From: Candidatus Bathyarchaeia archaeon
Lineage (GTDB): Archaea; Thermoproteota; Bathyarchaeia; Bathyarchaeales; Bathycorpusculaceae
Reading direction: 5' to 3'
Assembly (NCBI GenBank): GCA_049521795.1
Contig: JBEKOM010000009.1
Location: 16,346-80,345, forward strand
DNA length: 64,000 nucleotides
The position numbers and the translations under genes were made by a program. The notes under the pieces are model-generated. The model was given only the letters and a program-made list of their open reading frames with translations. It did no database searches and was not told the DNA's origin. Below are positions 1 through 9,771 of the stretch, piece after piece. The first letter of the stretch is position 1, and every line of letters begins with the position of its first letter.

Positions 1-19
1 ATAAGCCGCGAAACCTGCG

Positions 20-613
20 CTATCTTGACGCCTGAGCTATCCTTTCGATTTCGTTGCGTTTGGCAACAGCAAAGCTCTTCATGTCGTTGTTTCCCGCCAT
101 TATCAATTCTTCTGCCAAACACTCCTCTGCTGAGCGAGGATTATTTAATGACGCCTGTCTGGCTCCCTCAGTTATGTTTCTCAGTGCTAGGTCGATTCTT
201 CTCTGAGGTGCAACGTCCACGGAAAGGTGGTACACGATGCCACCGTAACTGATCCTTGTCGTGTCCTCACAGGGAGCAGAATTCTCCACAGCTTTTACCA
301 GGACTTCAACTGGGTTCTTGCCAGTGCGAAGGTTGATTATCTCAAAAGCGATTTTGACCATGTTTATGATTCTGGCCTTTTTCCCAGAGTTCTTTCCAGG
401 TCGCATCATATCGTTTATCAGCCTTTCCACGATGCTGACGTTTGCTTTCCGAAAACGCTTGTGCTCATGTCTCCCCATGCTGTGAGGAATCACAATCGGT
501 CTCAGTGAAATATATCTCTGCAGCCCGACGTCCCTGACTTCCACACCCTTGAAACTCCATTTCGCGAAAAGCTTTATCTCTTTTTCCGGTTTCTCCGCTT
601 GCTTCTGACTCAA
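20..613 (-). CDS. rps7: 30S ribosomal protein S7 (uS7)
   Basis: Archaeal S7 motifs ([35 protein letters not shown]). TTG start at 613 chosen because GGTGA overlaps the rps12 stop; the ORF-track start at 694 lies inside rps12. Confidence 0.96.
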   Translation of the reverse strand: MSQKQAEKPEKEIKLFAKWSFKGVEVRDVGLQRYISLRPIVIPHSMGRHEHKRFRKANVSIVERLINDMMRPGKNSGKKARIINMVKIAFEIINLRTGKNPVEVLVKAVENSAPCEDTTRISYGGIVYHLSVDVAPQRRIDLALRNITEGARQASLNNPRSAEECLAEELIMAGNNDMKSFAVAKRNEIERIAQASR

Positions 614-618
614 AATGT

Positions 619-1059
619 TCACCGAGCTGGCTTCTGCTTTCGCCCATAGACGAGTTCGTTGAGAGAAACACCGTTGACCGTTATGACCTTCCACCGCACC
701 CCCGGAATGTCGCCCATGCTTCTGCCTCGTGAACCTCCGATGCCTTCGACTAGGACCTCATCGTGCTCGTCAACCACGTTTAGAGCTCCATCTCCAGGCA
801 AGAAGGCAGTGATCGCTCGGCCATTCTTGATCAGCTGGGTTCTCACGCATTTCCTTATAGCGCTGTTGGGCTGCTTGCTTTCAACACCCACTTTTTCAAG
901 AACGATGCCACGCCCCATGGGTGCTCCTTCAAGAGGATCAGCCTTGACGTCCAACCTCAGCATTCGACGCTTGTAGTACATGCTGCTCCAGCGGTACTTC
1001 TTCCTTTTCTCCACGAGCGCTCTTGCGGCGAATTCGCCTCTTGGGGATTTAGAACCCAT
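619..1059 (-). CDS. rps12: 30S ribosomal protein S12 (uS12)
   Basis: [18 protein letters not shown] and [10 protein letters not shown] motifs; ATG at 1059; directly upstream of rps7. Confidence 0.97.
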   Translation of the reverse strand: MGSKSPRGEFAARALVEKRKKYRWSSMYYKRRMLRLDVKADPLEGAPMGRGIVLEKVGVESKQPNSAIRKCVRTQLIKNGRAITAFLPGDGALNVVDEHDEVLVEGIGGSRGRSMGDIPGVRWKVITVNGVSLNELVYGRKQKPAR

Positions 1060-1200
1060 GCGTGGTTTCCTCTGGCTACGTCTAATCATCAGACTGATAT
1101 TTAAACTGAGCTACACCATCATACCGCGCGTGTCATCTGACGGCGTTTGAAATCAAAGGCTTTAAGGAACCTGATTCCACCAGTTGAGCAGAGAGGATGA

Positions 1201-2439
1201 GTGGCTTTGAGATACGTGGACTTTGTTGACTTGAAATACGCTCCTAAATACACGGACGTCCTCTGCACGTTCATTGTCGAGCCAAACGGCGTAAGCATGA
1301 GAGGAGCGGCTGGAGCCGTTGCTGCTGAGAGTTCGATAGGAACGTGGACAGAACTCACAACCGTTAAGCCTTACGTTGACAAGCTTGCCGCTCATGTTTT
1401 CAGCATACGAAACAGCCTAGTCAAAATTGCTTATCCAGCGGGGCTTTTCGAGCTGGGAAACATGCCTAACATCCTGAGCAGCGTTTCTGGAAACGTTTTC
1501 GGGTTGAGAACCCTGGCCAGTTTGAGGCTTGACGACATCAGCTTTCCACAAAGTCTAGTCAGAAGCTTCAAAGGTCCAAAGTACGGTGTTGAGGGAATTC
1601 GAAAGCTTCTGAAAGTCTACGGTCGTCCGTTGGTTGGTACGATAATCAAGCCTAAGCTGGGTCTGAAAACCATTGACCACGCCAAAGTGGCCTACGAAGC
1701 GTGGGTCGGTGGGTGCGACATGGTTAAGGATGATGAGAACCTGAGCAGCCAGAGTTTCAACCCGTTTGAAGCCCGTCTCGTGAAAACATTAGAGAGCAGA
1801 GACAAGGCTGAGGCAGAGACGGGTGAAAGAAAGGTCTACATGGTGAACGTCACGGCTGAAACAGAGGAGATGCTTAGAAGAGCAGAACTGGTTCTCAGAC
1901 AGGGCGGAGAGTACGTGATGATTGACATTTTGACGTGCGGTTTTGCGGCTTTGCAGACGTTTCGGGAGCAGGGCTTCAACCTTGTGATTCACGCGCACAG
2001 GGCTGGGCATGCAGCGGTCACAAGGAACTTGAAGCATGGTGTTTCGATGCGAGTGTTGGCCAAAGTCGCGAGAATGATAGGGGTGGACCAGCTTCACGTT
2101 GGCACTGTGGTCGGAAAAATGTCTGAGACTAGGGAAGAGGTGGCCGAAAACTGTGAGGCGCTGAAGACGCAGATGAGCGGCTTAAAACCAGTGATGCCAG
2201 TGGCTTCTGGCGGTCTGCACCCTGGGCTTGTTCCAGCGCTGATGAGGTTCTTCGGAGAAGACTTCGTTATTCAAGCCGGAGGAGGCATCCACGGCCATAA
2301 AGATGGCACGATATCCGGAGCCAGGGCGATGAGGCAGGCGGTTGAGGCCACGCTGGAAGGTACCCCTCTGAAGGATTTTGCTGAGAACCATGCGGAACTG
2401 AGATCGGCTCTTGAAACATGGGGATTCAGCGCGCAGTAG
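1201..2439 (+). CDS. rbcL: Form III RuBisCO large subunit
   Basis: AAESSIGTW, IIKPKLG, GGCDMVKDDEN (carbamylated Lys motif), HAHRAGH, LHVGTVVGKM, SGG and GGGIHGH: the catalytic residue set is present. Confidence 0.95.
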   Translation: MALRYVDFVDLKYAPKYTDVLCTFIVEPNGVSMRGAAGAVAAESSIGTWTELTTVKPYVDKLAAHVFSIRNSLVKIAYPAGLFELGNMPNILSSVSGNVFGLRTLASLRLDDISFPQSLVRSFKGPKYGVEGIRKLLKVYGRPLVGTIIKPKLGLKTIDHAKVAYEAWVGGCDMVKDDENLSSQSFNPFEARLVKTLESRDKAEAETGERKVYMVNVTAETEEMLRRAELVLRQGGEYVMIDILTCGFAALQTFREQGFNLVIHAHRAGHAAVTRNLKHGVSMRVLAKVARMIGVDQLHVGTVVGKMSETREEVAENCEALKTQMSGLKPVMPVASGGLHPGLVPALMRFFGEDFVIQAGGGIHGHKDGTISGARAMRQAVEATLEGTPLKDFAENHAELRSALETWGFSAQ

Positions 2440-2444
2440 GCTGT

Positions 2445-3371
2445 TTATTCGAAGACCCAGGGGTATTTCCTGTGCATCACTTCTGTTATCGAATGCGGAG
2501 AGATCATTCCTTCCTCGCATATTATTCCATGAATGAAGTCTCTTCTGGTCACGTCGAAGGCGGGGTTTCTGACGACGAGGTTCTTAGGCGCGTCTTTCCA
2601 GATCTCGCTGGGGCTTCTTTCCTCTATTTTCTCATAGTCCCCGTACATGGTGGCCGGGTCGAATTTGAGCAGTTCGGAAACTACGTAGAAGGGCGTCCTA
2701 GACTCCTGGGCGGCGAGGGCAACGATGCTGGTTCCGATCTTGTTTATCACGTTTCCCTCGGATGTTATCGCGTCAGCGCCCACTACAACGAGGTCGACCT
2801 GGTTCATGAAGAACCGCGTTGCAGAGTCTATGATGAAAGTTGTCTTTATGCCCAGTTCGAGCAGCTCCTTCGCTGTGGTTTGTCCCTGAAACGCGGGTCT
2901 GGTTTCTGTGCAGATGACTTCGAAGAGTTTTCCTTCATGCTTGGCTCTTCTCAGCAGGCTTGTGACTGTTGAAGAGTGGCAGTGCGTCAAAATTGCCGAG
3001 TTGTTCTTGATTCTTCTGGCTCCTATCTCAGCGATTTTCCTGTTTGATTCTTCGAGGTCTGTGAGAAACTGCTCCGACGTTAGTGAAACCGTTTCAGCGA
3101 GCCTTTTCACGTTTTTCTCTTCGCTCTTTTCAACCTTGTTTATTATCATTCTCAGAGCGTTCCTCATCAGCGGCTCGGTTGCTCTTGAAGCGAAAAGGGT
3201 TTCCTTGGCCTTCAAGAGTTCTCTTAGAAAATCTTTCTTGCTGGGGGCTTCAGTCTGCCCTGCCAGCGTCTGCACAGCCTTTATGGCTGCGATGGCCACG
3301 TTCCTTGCGCCTTGAACCTCGAGCCTTCTTATTCTCTTTGCTGCGGTCTGGATCGGGTCTGACAAGTGCAT
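2445..3371 (-). CDS. Ribose-1,5-bisphosphate isomerase (eIF-2B alpha/beta/delta family)
   Basis: VQGA, SRATEP, LTHCHSS (catalytic Cys), ETRP, VGADAI, NKIGT and NPAFDVT motifs; convergent with RuBisCO. Start ATG 3371 or TTG 3365. Confidence 0.88.
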   Translation of the reverse strand: MHLSDPIQTAAKRIRRLEVQGARNVAIAAIKAVQTLAGQTEAPSKKDFLRELLKAKETLFASRATEPLMRNALRMIINKVEKSEEKNVKRLAETVSLTSEQFLTDLEESNRKIAEIGARRIKNNSAILTHCHSSTVTSLLRRAKHEGKLFEVICTETRPAFQGQTTAKELLELGIKTTFIIDSATRFFMNQVDLVVVGADAITSEGNVINKIGTSIVALAAQESRTPFYVVSELLKFDPATMYGDYEKIEERSPSEIWKDAPKNLVVRNPAFDVTRRDFIHGIICEEGMISPHSITEVMHRKYPWVFE

Positions 3372-3454
3372 CACCTGCCGATACAGATAGCCTTCTAGTT
3401 CTTGAGGGTAGAATAAACTTTCTGTGAAACTTGTCGTCTTGAGAATCTGCCGTT

Positions 3455-4057
3455 CTATCTTGCGAATCGGTCGTTCTTCCAAACGTCAGCGGTGTCGCTG
3501 TAGCCCAGTTTTTCCCAGTACCCGAGCTCTTTCTTCGCTGTGAACCTTATTTTTGTGACCCATAAAGCGCTCTTGTAACCGTACTTGTTCGGGACGACGA
3601 GTCTAAGCGGAAAGCCGATGCCTTCCTCAAGCGGCCTATCGTCCAGTCCGTAGGCCAGGAGAACGTCTTCGCCTGAAAGCTCCGTCATCGAAAGCGAGGT
3701 CGTGTAACCGTCGGCGCACTCGAAGGTCACGAACCTAGCAGTTTCTTTAGGCTTGACGAGCTCGATCACTTTGCTGAAACGGACGCCCTCCCATTTGCAG
3801 TTAAGGACGCTCCATCCCTCAACGCAGTGGAAATCGCTCACCGACTGGACCTTTGGAAGTTTGAGAACCTCATCCCATGTCAGCTTCACGGGTTTTTCGA
3901 CTTCGCCGCTGATCTCCAGCGTGTAGGCTCTTAAGTCGATTTTGGGGTTCGAAGACGTGATGCCTGGGTGGTCTTTTCCCCATCTTAACAGACGCTTTAT
4001 CGGCCTCTGACCGGGAGGCAGCTTTTCACGCTTAGTGTTCGGGTTCTGTGAAGTCAT
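3455..4057 (-). CDS. Molybdopterin-dependent oxidoreductase, sulfite oxidase family (YuiH/MsrP-like)
   Basis: LPPGQ, DFHCVEGWS (Mo-ligating Cys), GFPLRLVVP, YGYKSALWV and GYWE motifs. Confidence 0.88.
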   Translation of the reverse strand: MTSQNPNTKREKLPPGQRPIKRLLRWGKDHPGITSSNPKIDLRAYTLEISGEVEKPVKLTWDEVLKLPKVQSVSDFHCVEGWSVLNCKWEGVRFSKVIELVKPKETARFVTFECADGYTTSLSMTELSGEDVLLAYGLDDRPLEEGIGFPLRLVVPNKYGYKSALWVTKIRFTAKKELGYWEKLGYSDTADVWKNDRFAR

Positions 4058-4246
4058 CCTTGCTCATGAGGGACTAGAATGGTGTTGGAATTAAGGCTTA
4101 CTAGGATACTGTTGACTCGCCCTTTTTCGCGTTCGCTACTCTGTTCCCTTCTCATTCTCCTCTTTTGTGGAATACGCTACATCCCTGTATTCGCGTTTTT
4201 CCTCGTCTATTTCACCCCCCTCCCCCCTAGGGTACTAGTACTGCAC

Positions 4247-4411
4247 ATAGGCGCTGGGCAAGGACCTACCGACTTCACAAGGGCATGATGACGACTCGTG
4301 CAGAGCGCTTTGGGTGGGGCCCAAGCAAGGGTCGCATCTTTTCCATGCAATTTGCTTTCTCGCCGTCTGCTCATTTTATCTGCCCCGGTTAGCCCTTGCT
4401 AGCGCGCCTAT
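4247..4411. repeat. Long imperfect inverted repeat enclosing nested hairpins (structured intergenic element)
   Basis: Arms 4247-4271 (ATAGGCGCtggGCAAGGacctACCG) and 4386-4411 (reverse complement ATAGGCGCgctaGCAAGGgctaACCG). Inner stems 4287-4295/4331-4338 and 4307-4314/4320-4326. Confidence 0.6.
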
Positions 4412-4481
4412 CTCTGTGTCTAGGCACAGCAAACCCAAATAAGACGGGTGTGAGTTGAGGTATTTTCTGCTGGTCGATAAC

Positions 4482-5192
4482 ATGTCTGGGACTGAAAGCT
4501 TACTTCCTTATCTGCGAGAGAAGAAACGGGCCGAACAGGAACAGCCGACGATAATTGTGGACAGTCGCGAGGCAAGCACTGCGTCGAAGATTGTTAAGGG
4601 GCTCAGGGAGCGCGGTGTGAACGTGAAGACTGAGGTTTTGGAGAAGGGTGACTATGTTCTGTCTGACGTGTGTGCCGTTGAGAGGAAGACTGTTCAAGAT
4701 TTTGTTTACACTCTCACGCGGCGCTTTCTTTTCGAGCAACTGTTCAGGCTTAAGGAGGTCTATCCGAAAAGCCTCATACTGCTGGAGGGTTACCTGCCCA
4801 TAATCTACAAGTACAGCAGGATCCAGCCCGCGTCAGTTTGGGGTGCCATGTTCAACCTGGCAAGAAACGGTGTGGCCATAATAAACACGACGTCTTACAA
4901 GGAGACCGTTGACTTCCTCTACGTGGCCGCACGGCAAGAGCAGATAATTGAAAAACGGGCACCGACGGTTCACCCCTTCAAGAGAGTTGACACGACGGCA
5001 GACGCCCAGGTCTACTTTTTGGCCAGCCTGCCCAACGTTGGCCGAGAGAAAGCCCTGGCAATACTCAAGTGCTATCAAACTCCTTTGAACGCTGTGATAA
5101 ACGTTGACGACTGGTCAGAAACCGTACACGGACTTGGGCCGAAGATAAGCAGCAAGGTTAAAGAAGTGTTGAACACGCCTTTCACAGAGTGA
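4482..5192 (+). CDS. xpf: Short XPF/ERCC4 structure-specific endonuclease
   Basis: IIVDSRE, GDY and VERKT ERCC4 motifs plus C-terminal HhH motifs (LPNVG, VHGLG); no helicase domain. Confidence 0.9.
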   Translation: MSGTESLLPYLREKKRAEQEQPTIIVDSREASTASKIVKGLRERGVNVKTEVLEKGDYVLSDVCAVERKTVQDFVYTLTRRFLFEQLFRLKEVYPKSLILLEGYLPIIYKYSRIQPASVWGAMFNLARNGVAIINTTSYKETVDFLYVAARQEQIIEKRAPTVHPFKRVDTTADAQVYFLASLPNVGREKALAILKCYQTPLNAVINVDDWSETVHGLGPKISSKVKEVLNTPFTE

Positions 5193-5198
5193 ACAGAC

Positions 5199-5564
5199 AT
5201 GGATGTTGAAATCAGTCCGACAAAGAAGATCATACTATTAGGCTTAGATAACCGCTCGAGAGAGAACATCGCCTGGTGCGCAGCAACCTACGGTGCGAAC
5301 AGGCTGTACTGGATAGACGGTTACCTCCTGTGCTTAGAAGTCTACGAGAAATCCTTCGAACAGGAGTTGAAGAAGAAAGAGTTTCCTGTAAGCCAAGTCT
5401 GTTACGTGAAGTTTCCGAAGTACGAAAAGCTCTACGAGATCGACAAAAGCTTCCAGATCCCGGTGGTCAACGTTTCCGACATGAAGCTGTTCCAAGGCAT
5501 ACTAAAAGCCATGCTGGAAAACGAGAAGGCAAACCCAGCACCTTCAAAAGGTGAAAGCACTTAA
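5199..5564 (+). CDS. Hypothetical protein, probably co-transcribed with xpf
   Basis: 121 aa ORF starting 6 nt after the xpf stop; globular composition. Confidence 0.75.
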   Translation: MDVEISPTKKIILLGLDNRSRENIAWCAATYGANRLYWIDGYLLCLEVYEKSFEQELKKKEFPVSQVCYVKFPKYEKLYEIDKSFQIPVVNVSDMKLFQGILKAMLENEKANPAPSKGEST

Positions 5565-6169
5565 GTCTTCTTTTTTCCCACTTTCACGCTTTCTAGGCCC
5601 AGCTGGAAGGCTCTAAGGTTCATCTCCAAGTGTTTTGCTGGAACAAGCTCCCGGATGGCTTCTTTTAGGCTTTCAGTCTTCACAGGCAGCACCCCAGTAC
5701 CGGCCAAAGCCCCGAGCAGCACGACATTCTGTGCAAGACTGCTTCCAGCTTTTTTAGCTAACCGTGGCGCCTCAACGATAAGCACGTGGCTAGTGAACAT
5801 TTGAACCTTCTCAACGAGTTTTTCTACACTTGGATATTTCACATTCTTCGCCGCCAATTCTGTCGGCGGAATCCTTTCCGTGCTCATAATGACCAACGTC
5901 TTTTCTGAAGCGTACTTCAGGTTCCGCAGCGTTTCAAAGGGCTCAAACCCCAAAAGCACGTCTGCTTGTCCATCCAACACCGTTGAAGACAGAGCGGTTT
6001 CGCCTATTCTCACTGCTGAAACCACTGCTCCGCCCCTTTGGGCCATACCATGGATCTCGCTTACTCTGACGTTCAGTTCATCCTTAACAGCGGCCACTCC
6101 TATGGCTTCAGCCGCCAAGAGCGTGCCTTGCCCGCCGACGCCGGCCAGAACGATGTTGAATTCCTTCAT
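5561..6169 (-). CDS. iorB: Indolepyruvate:ferredoxin oxidoreductase beta subunit
   Basis: GVGGQG and SEIHGMAQRGGAV motifs; ATGA overlap with iorA. Confidence 0.95.
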   Translation of the reverse strand: MKEFNIVLAGVGGQGTLLAAEAIGVAAVKDELNVRVSEIHGMAQRGGAVVSAVRIGETALSSTVLDGQADVLLGFEPFETLRNLKYASEKTLVIMSTERIPPTELAAKNVKYPSVEKLVEKVQMFTSHVLIVEAPRLAKKAGSSLAQNVVLLGALAGTGVLPVKTESLKEAIRELVPAKHLEMNLRAFQLGLESVKVGKKKT

Positions 6170-8043
6170 TCTGCACAGCTTCCTTCAATGGCGCCGTAGG
6201 GACAGACCGAAATGCAAAGTCCACAGGCAGTGCAAGAGTCTTCGTCGATTTTCACCTTTCCCTCTTCAACGACGATGGCTGGGCAGCCTAGAAGTTTGAT
6301 GCAGGCCATGCAGTTCGTGCATTTATTAGTGATTCTGGTCGGTTCGACTTTGATCCCTCTCTGCCTCTTCTCTCTGACGGCCATCAAAGTGCAGGGGGTC
6401 CGGAAAACGACAACTGAAGGCCCGGGTTGTTGCAGGGCTTCTCTCAACACTGCAGCGGCTTCTTTTGTCTTGAACGGGTCCACTACTTTGACGTATTTGA
6501 CGCCACATCCTTTAGCAACGTTTTCAATGAGAATTCTCTCCGTTGAGGCGTGCATTCCAGTAATGCCCGTCCCAGGATGCGGCTGATGCCCAGTCATCGC
6601 CGTTGCAAGATTGTCCAGAACCACTGTGAGGACCTTGCTCTTGTTGTAAACAGCGTTCACCAGTCCAGGGATTCCCGCGTGGAAAAACGTCGAGTCTCCG
6701 ATGATCGCAATGGTTTCTCTGCCTGTCGCTTTGCTCATTCCTTGGGCAGTGCCTATGCTTGCGCCCATGCACGTCATGATGTCTCCAACGTTCAACGGTG
6801 GAGCGATTCCCAAGGCGTAGCAGCCTATGTCGGTTGAGTACAGTGTCTTGTCTCCTCCGACCCTTCTCATCACGTAGAAGGATGCTCTGTGCGGACAGCC
6901 AGCGCACAGTATCGGCGGTCTCGAAGGCAAATCTCTCGTGGCTTCAACATATTTTTCACTGATCCTTTGGAAATCTATCGGCAGCTTTCTGCCCGTTATC
7001 TCGGCCAAACCTGCCGCGACTATGCGGGTTGAAAGCTCCCCTTCTTTCGGGAAGAATCTCTTGACCATTTTTCCGAATATTTCGACGTTTGGCGCGTGAT
7101 CCTTAGCTATTGCCTTGACCTGCATTTCCAAGTATGGTTCAAGCTCTTCGACTACGATGATTTTATTGTAAGCTTTCAAGAATCGTCCGATCATTTTCTC
7201 TGGAAGCGGATGCGTCATTCCGAGTTTCAGGATGCCCGCGTCTAGGCTCAGCAGGTTATCTGCTTCAACCGCGTAGTTATAAGCCGAGCCTGAGGATATA
7301 ATGCCGAATTCTTTGCCTTTTTTGACAACTTTGTTGTAGGGAGATGCCTCGCTGATTTCCTTTGCCTTTGCGGCCTGTCTCAGGAGCACTTCGTGCTTCG
7401 GCCTCGAAAACGCTGGCACCATCACCAAACGCTGCACGTCTCTGATGAAATTGCCCCGCTGGTTTGGTTTCACTATGCTCTTGTAAACGACCGGTCCACG
7501 AGTGTGGCTCACGCGCGTCGTGGTTCTCAGGAGCACTGGCAACTCGAGTTTTTCGGATATCTCGATGGCTGAGACTGTCATGTCCTTCGCTTCTTGAGGG
7601 TCGGAAGGCTCCAAGCACGGCAGGTTTGAAAGCAGCGCGTAGAAGCGGTTATCCTGCTCATTCTGGGAACTGTAACACTCAGGGTCATCTGCAGTGACGA
7701 TCACGTAGCCTCCTCTTACACCGGCGTAAGCCAGCGTCATGACCATGTCAGCGGCCACGTTGAGCCCAACATGCTTCATCGCTGCGAGAGCTCTCACTCC
7801 ACTGCTTGCAGCTCCGGCACCAACCTCAACCGCAACCATTTCGTTGACCGAGTACTCCATGTACACACCGGCTTCAGAAGCGATTTCCGACACGGAGTCG
7901 CCTATCTCAGACGCGGGCGTGCCTGGATACGTGGTCACAACACCTATCCCTGCCTCAAGAATCCCTCGGGCAATGGCCTCATTGCCTAGCAGGAGCACCC
8001 GTTTTCCCGGCTTGTCCTGCAACAAGACTTTCGAATCAGGCAA
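6166..8043 (-). CDS. iorA: Indolepyruvate:ferredoxin oxidoreductase alpha subunit
   Basis: LLGNEAIARG, YPGTPASEI, MKHVGLNVA, SSQNEQDNR, RPPILCAGCPHR, DIGCY, TPP-binding GDSTFFHAG and a C-terminal 2x[4Fe-4S] domain. Confidence 0.96.
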   Translation of the reverse strand: MPDSKVLLQDKPGKRVLLLGNEAIARGILEAGIGVVTTYPGTPASEIGDSVSEIASEAGVYMEYSVNEMVAVEVGAGAASSGVRALAAMKHVGLNVAADMVMTLAYAGVRGGYVIVTADDPECYSSQNEQDNRFYALLSNLPCLEPSDPQEAKDMTVSAIEISEKLELPVLLRTTTRVSHTRGPVVYKSIVKPNQRGNFIRDVQRLVMVPAFSRPKHEVLLRQAAKAKEISEASPYNKVVKKGKEFGIISSGSAYNYAVEADNLLSLDAGILKLGMTHPLPEKMIGRFLKAYNKIIVVEELEPYLEMQVKAIAKDHAPNVEIFGKMVKRFFPKEGELSTRIVAAGLAEITGRKLPIDFQRISEKYVEATRDLPSRPPILCAGCPHRASFYVMRRVGGDKTLYSTDIGCYALGIAPPLNVGDIMTCMGASIGTAQGMSKATGRETIAIIGDSTFFHAGIPGLVNAVYNKSKVLTVVLDNLATAMTGHQPHPGTGITGMHASTERILIENVAKGCGVKYVKVVDPFKTKEAAAVLREALQQPGPSVVVFRTPCTLMAVREKRQRGIKVEPTRITNKCTNCMACIKLLGCPAIVVEEGKVKIDEDSCTACGLCISVCPYGAIEGSCAE

Positions 8044-8198
8044 CAGACTTCTCCTCAGACCTGTTAAAAATTCTCACAGTCTTAACCCTTCACATATAGC
8101 TTTTGGTGAAAAAATCGGCGATGGTTGAACAGGAATGTCAGACCGAAAGAATTATAATAACGTAAACGTGATAAGAGCAAACTCTTGAGGTTTCGATT

Positions 8199-9641
8199 AT
8201 GTCTATCAGACTCTCTTCAGGCGAGGAAATTCCTATTGAGATGCACAAGGCCAGAATGGTGCAGAAAGTCCAGTTAGTTCCTGTTGACCAACGGCTCAGA
8301 GCCATTGAGGAGGCTGGCTATAACACGTTCCTGCTCAAGACTAAGGACATATTTCTTGACATGCTCACGGACAGCGGCGTAAACGCTATGAGCGACAACC
8401 AGTTCGCTGGCATGATGAGAGTTGATGATGCGTACGCCGGCAGCATGACTTTCTACGAGTTTGCTAAAGCGGTTGAAGACATCCTCGGATACAAGTACGT
8501 AATGAACGTGCATCAGGGCAGAGCGGCGGAGCATCTCCTGGCAAAGGTTTTCGCCAAACCGGGCGGCGTTATCCCAACGAACTACCACTTCACGACCACG
8601 AAAGCTCACATTGAGCTGCAAGGCATGCAGGTTCTGGAGATCTATTATGATGACGCGTTGAAGACCGAGAGCACAAACCTGTTCAAAGGATGTATGGACC
8701 CGCAGAAGCTCAGGAACGTCATCAAGAAGTGCGGCAAGGACAAGATCGGCTTTGTGCGAATGGAAGCAACGACCAACCTGATTGGTGGACAACCGTTCTC
8801 GATGAAAAACCTGAAGGAGATCAAACAGATCTGCACCGAGAACGACTTGCTTCTCGTCATAGACGGAAGCCTGATCTGTGAAAACGCATATCTCATAAGG
8901 CAACGGGAGAAAGCATACGAGAACAAGACAGTCGCGGAAATAGTCAAAGAGATGTGCAGCATCGCCGACATATACTACATGAGCGGAAGAAAAAACACCT
9001 GCGTCAGAGGCGGCTGCATAGCAACGAACAATCAGAAACTGTTCGAGCAGATACAACCGTGGCTCCCAGTGTACGAAGGCTTCTTCACCTACGGCGGCAT
9101 GTCGATGAGGGAAGTCGGCGCAATGGCCGTCGGAATGAGAGAAATGGTCGACCCCGACGTCGCAGGCTGCTCAGTTGAACAGATCAAATACTTCGTCAAC
9201 AAGCTTGTCAAGGCTGGAATCCCAGTGGTCACGCCGCCAGGCGGATTGGCCTGCCATCTTGACGCGATGAAGTTTCTGCCAAACATGCCCCAGTCTCAGT
9301 ATCCGGCAGGAGCGCTCGCAGCCGGGCTTTACATTGCCTCTGGAATCAGAAGCATGGAAAGAGGCACAATTTCAATGGACAGGAACAAAGAAGGAAAAGA
9401 AGTCTTCGCCGACGTAGAACTCACAAGGATCGCACTGCCTAGAAGAGTCTACACCGTGTCGCACATCGAATACGCAGTTGACAGAATAAAATGGCTTCAC
9501 AAGCACAGAGACCTAGTGAAAGGCCTGAAGTTCGTGTCCGAACCGCCAGTGCTCAGGTTCTTCCTTGGAAAGCTCAAAGCCCTAGACAACTGGGGAAAAG
9601 ACCTAGCGGAAGTATTCAAGAAAGAAATTGGCACTTCCTAA
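8199..9641 (+). CDS. PLP-dependent beta-eliminating lyase, tyrosine phenol-lyase-like (tryptophanase family)
   Basis: DMLTDSG, DAYAGS, HQGRAAE, HFTTT, MSGRK (PLP Lys), YEGFFTYGGM, SMERG, PRRVYT and LRFF motifs. Confidence 0.9.
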   Translation: MSIRLSSGEEIPIEMHKARMVQKVQLVPVDQRLRAIEEAGYNTFLLKTKDIFLDMLTDSGVNAMSDNQFAGMMRVDDAYAGSMTFYEFAKAVEDILGYKYVMNVHQGRAAEHLLAKVFAKPGGVIPTNYHFTTTKAHIELQGMQVLEIYYDDALKTESTNLFKGCMDPQKLRNVIKKCGKDKIGFVRMEATTNLIGGQPFSMKNLKEIKQICTENDLLLVIDGSLICENAYLIRQREKAYENKTVAEIVKEMCSIADIYYMSGRKNTCVRGGCIATNNQKLFEQIQPWLPVYEGFFTYGGMSMREVGAMAVGMREMVDPDVAGCSVEQIKYFVNKLVKAGIPVVTPPGGLACHLDAMKFLPNMPQSQYPAGALAAGLYIASGIRSMERGTISMDRNKEGKEVFADVELTRIALPRRVYTVSHIEYAVDRIKWLHKHRDLVKGLKFVSEPPVLRFFLGKLKALDNWGKDLAEVFKKEIGTS

Positions 9642-9771
9642 TCGTGGAATAGAAAGATAAAATCTAGAAAGGCGCGCTAACGACTACTGGAACCTTCAAC
9701 GCGCGCTACAGAAAAATCCAGAACAAGGTTTATGACAAAACAATCAGCACATAGCGGGGAGAATTCAAGAA

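Noticed and set aside
3372-3482. N-terminal extension of the R15P isomerase ORF
   Set aside because: It overlaps the upstream gene, and family similarity and a GGTGA site point to a start at 3371 or 3365.
4285-4340. C/D box sRNA suggested by ATGATGA at 4285
   Set aside because: No CTGA D box at a suitable distance, and the segment is better explained as part of a stem.
4079-4454. RNase P RNA or SRP RNA in the long intergenic gap; the 69-aa ORF at 4079-4288
   Set aside because: The hallmark motifs (GAGGAAAGTCC, SRP helix 8) are absent. The ORF is low-complexity and overlaps the promoter region of the divergent gene.
8274-9056. Long antisense ORFs (e.g. 8274-9056, 14540-15178, 44942-45628, 53509-54183)
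   Set aside because: They are shadows of well-supported genes on the opposite strand and have no recognisable motifs.
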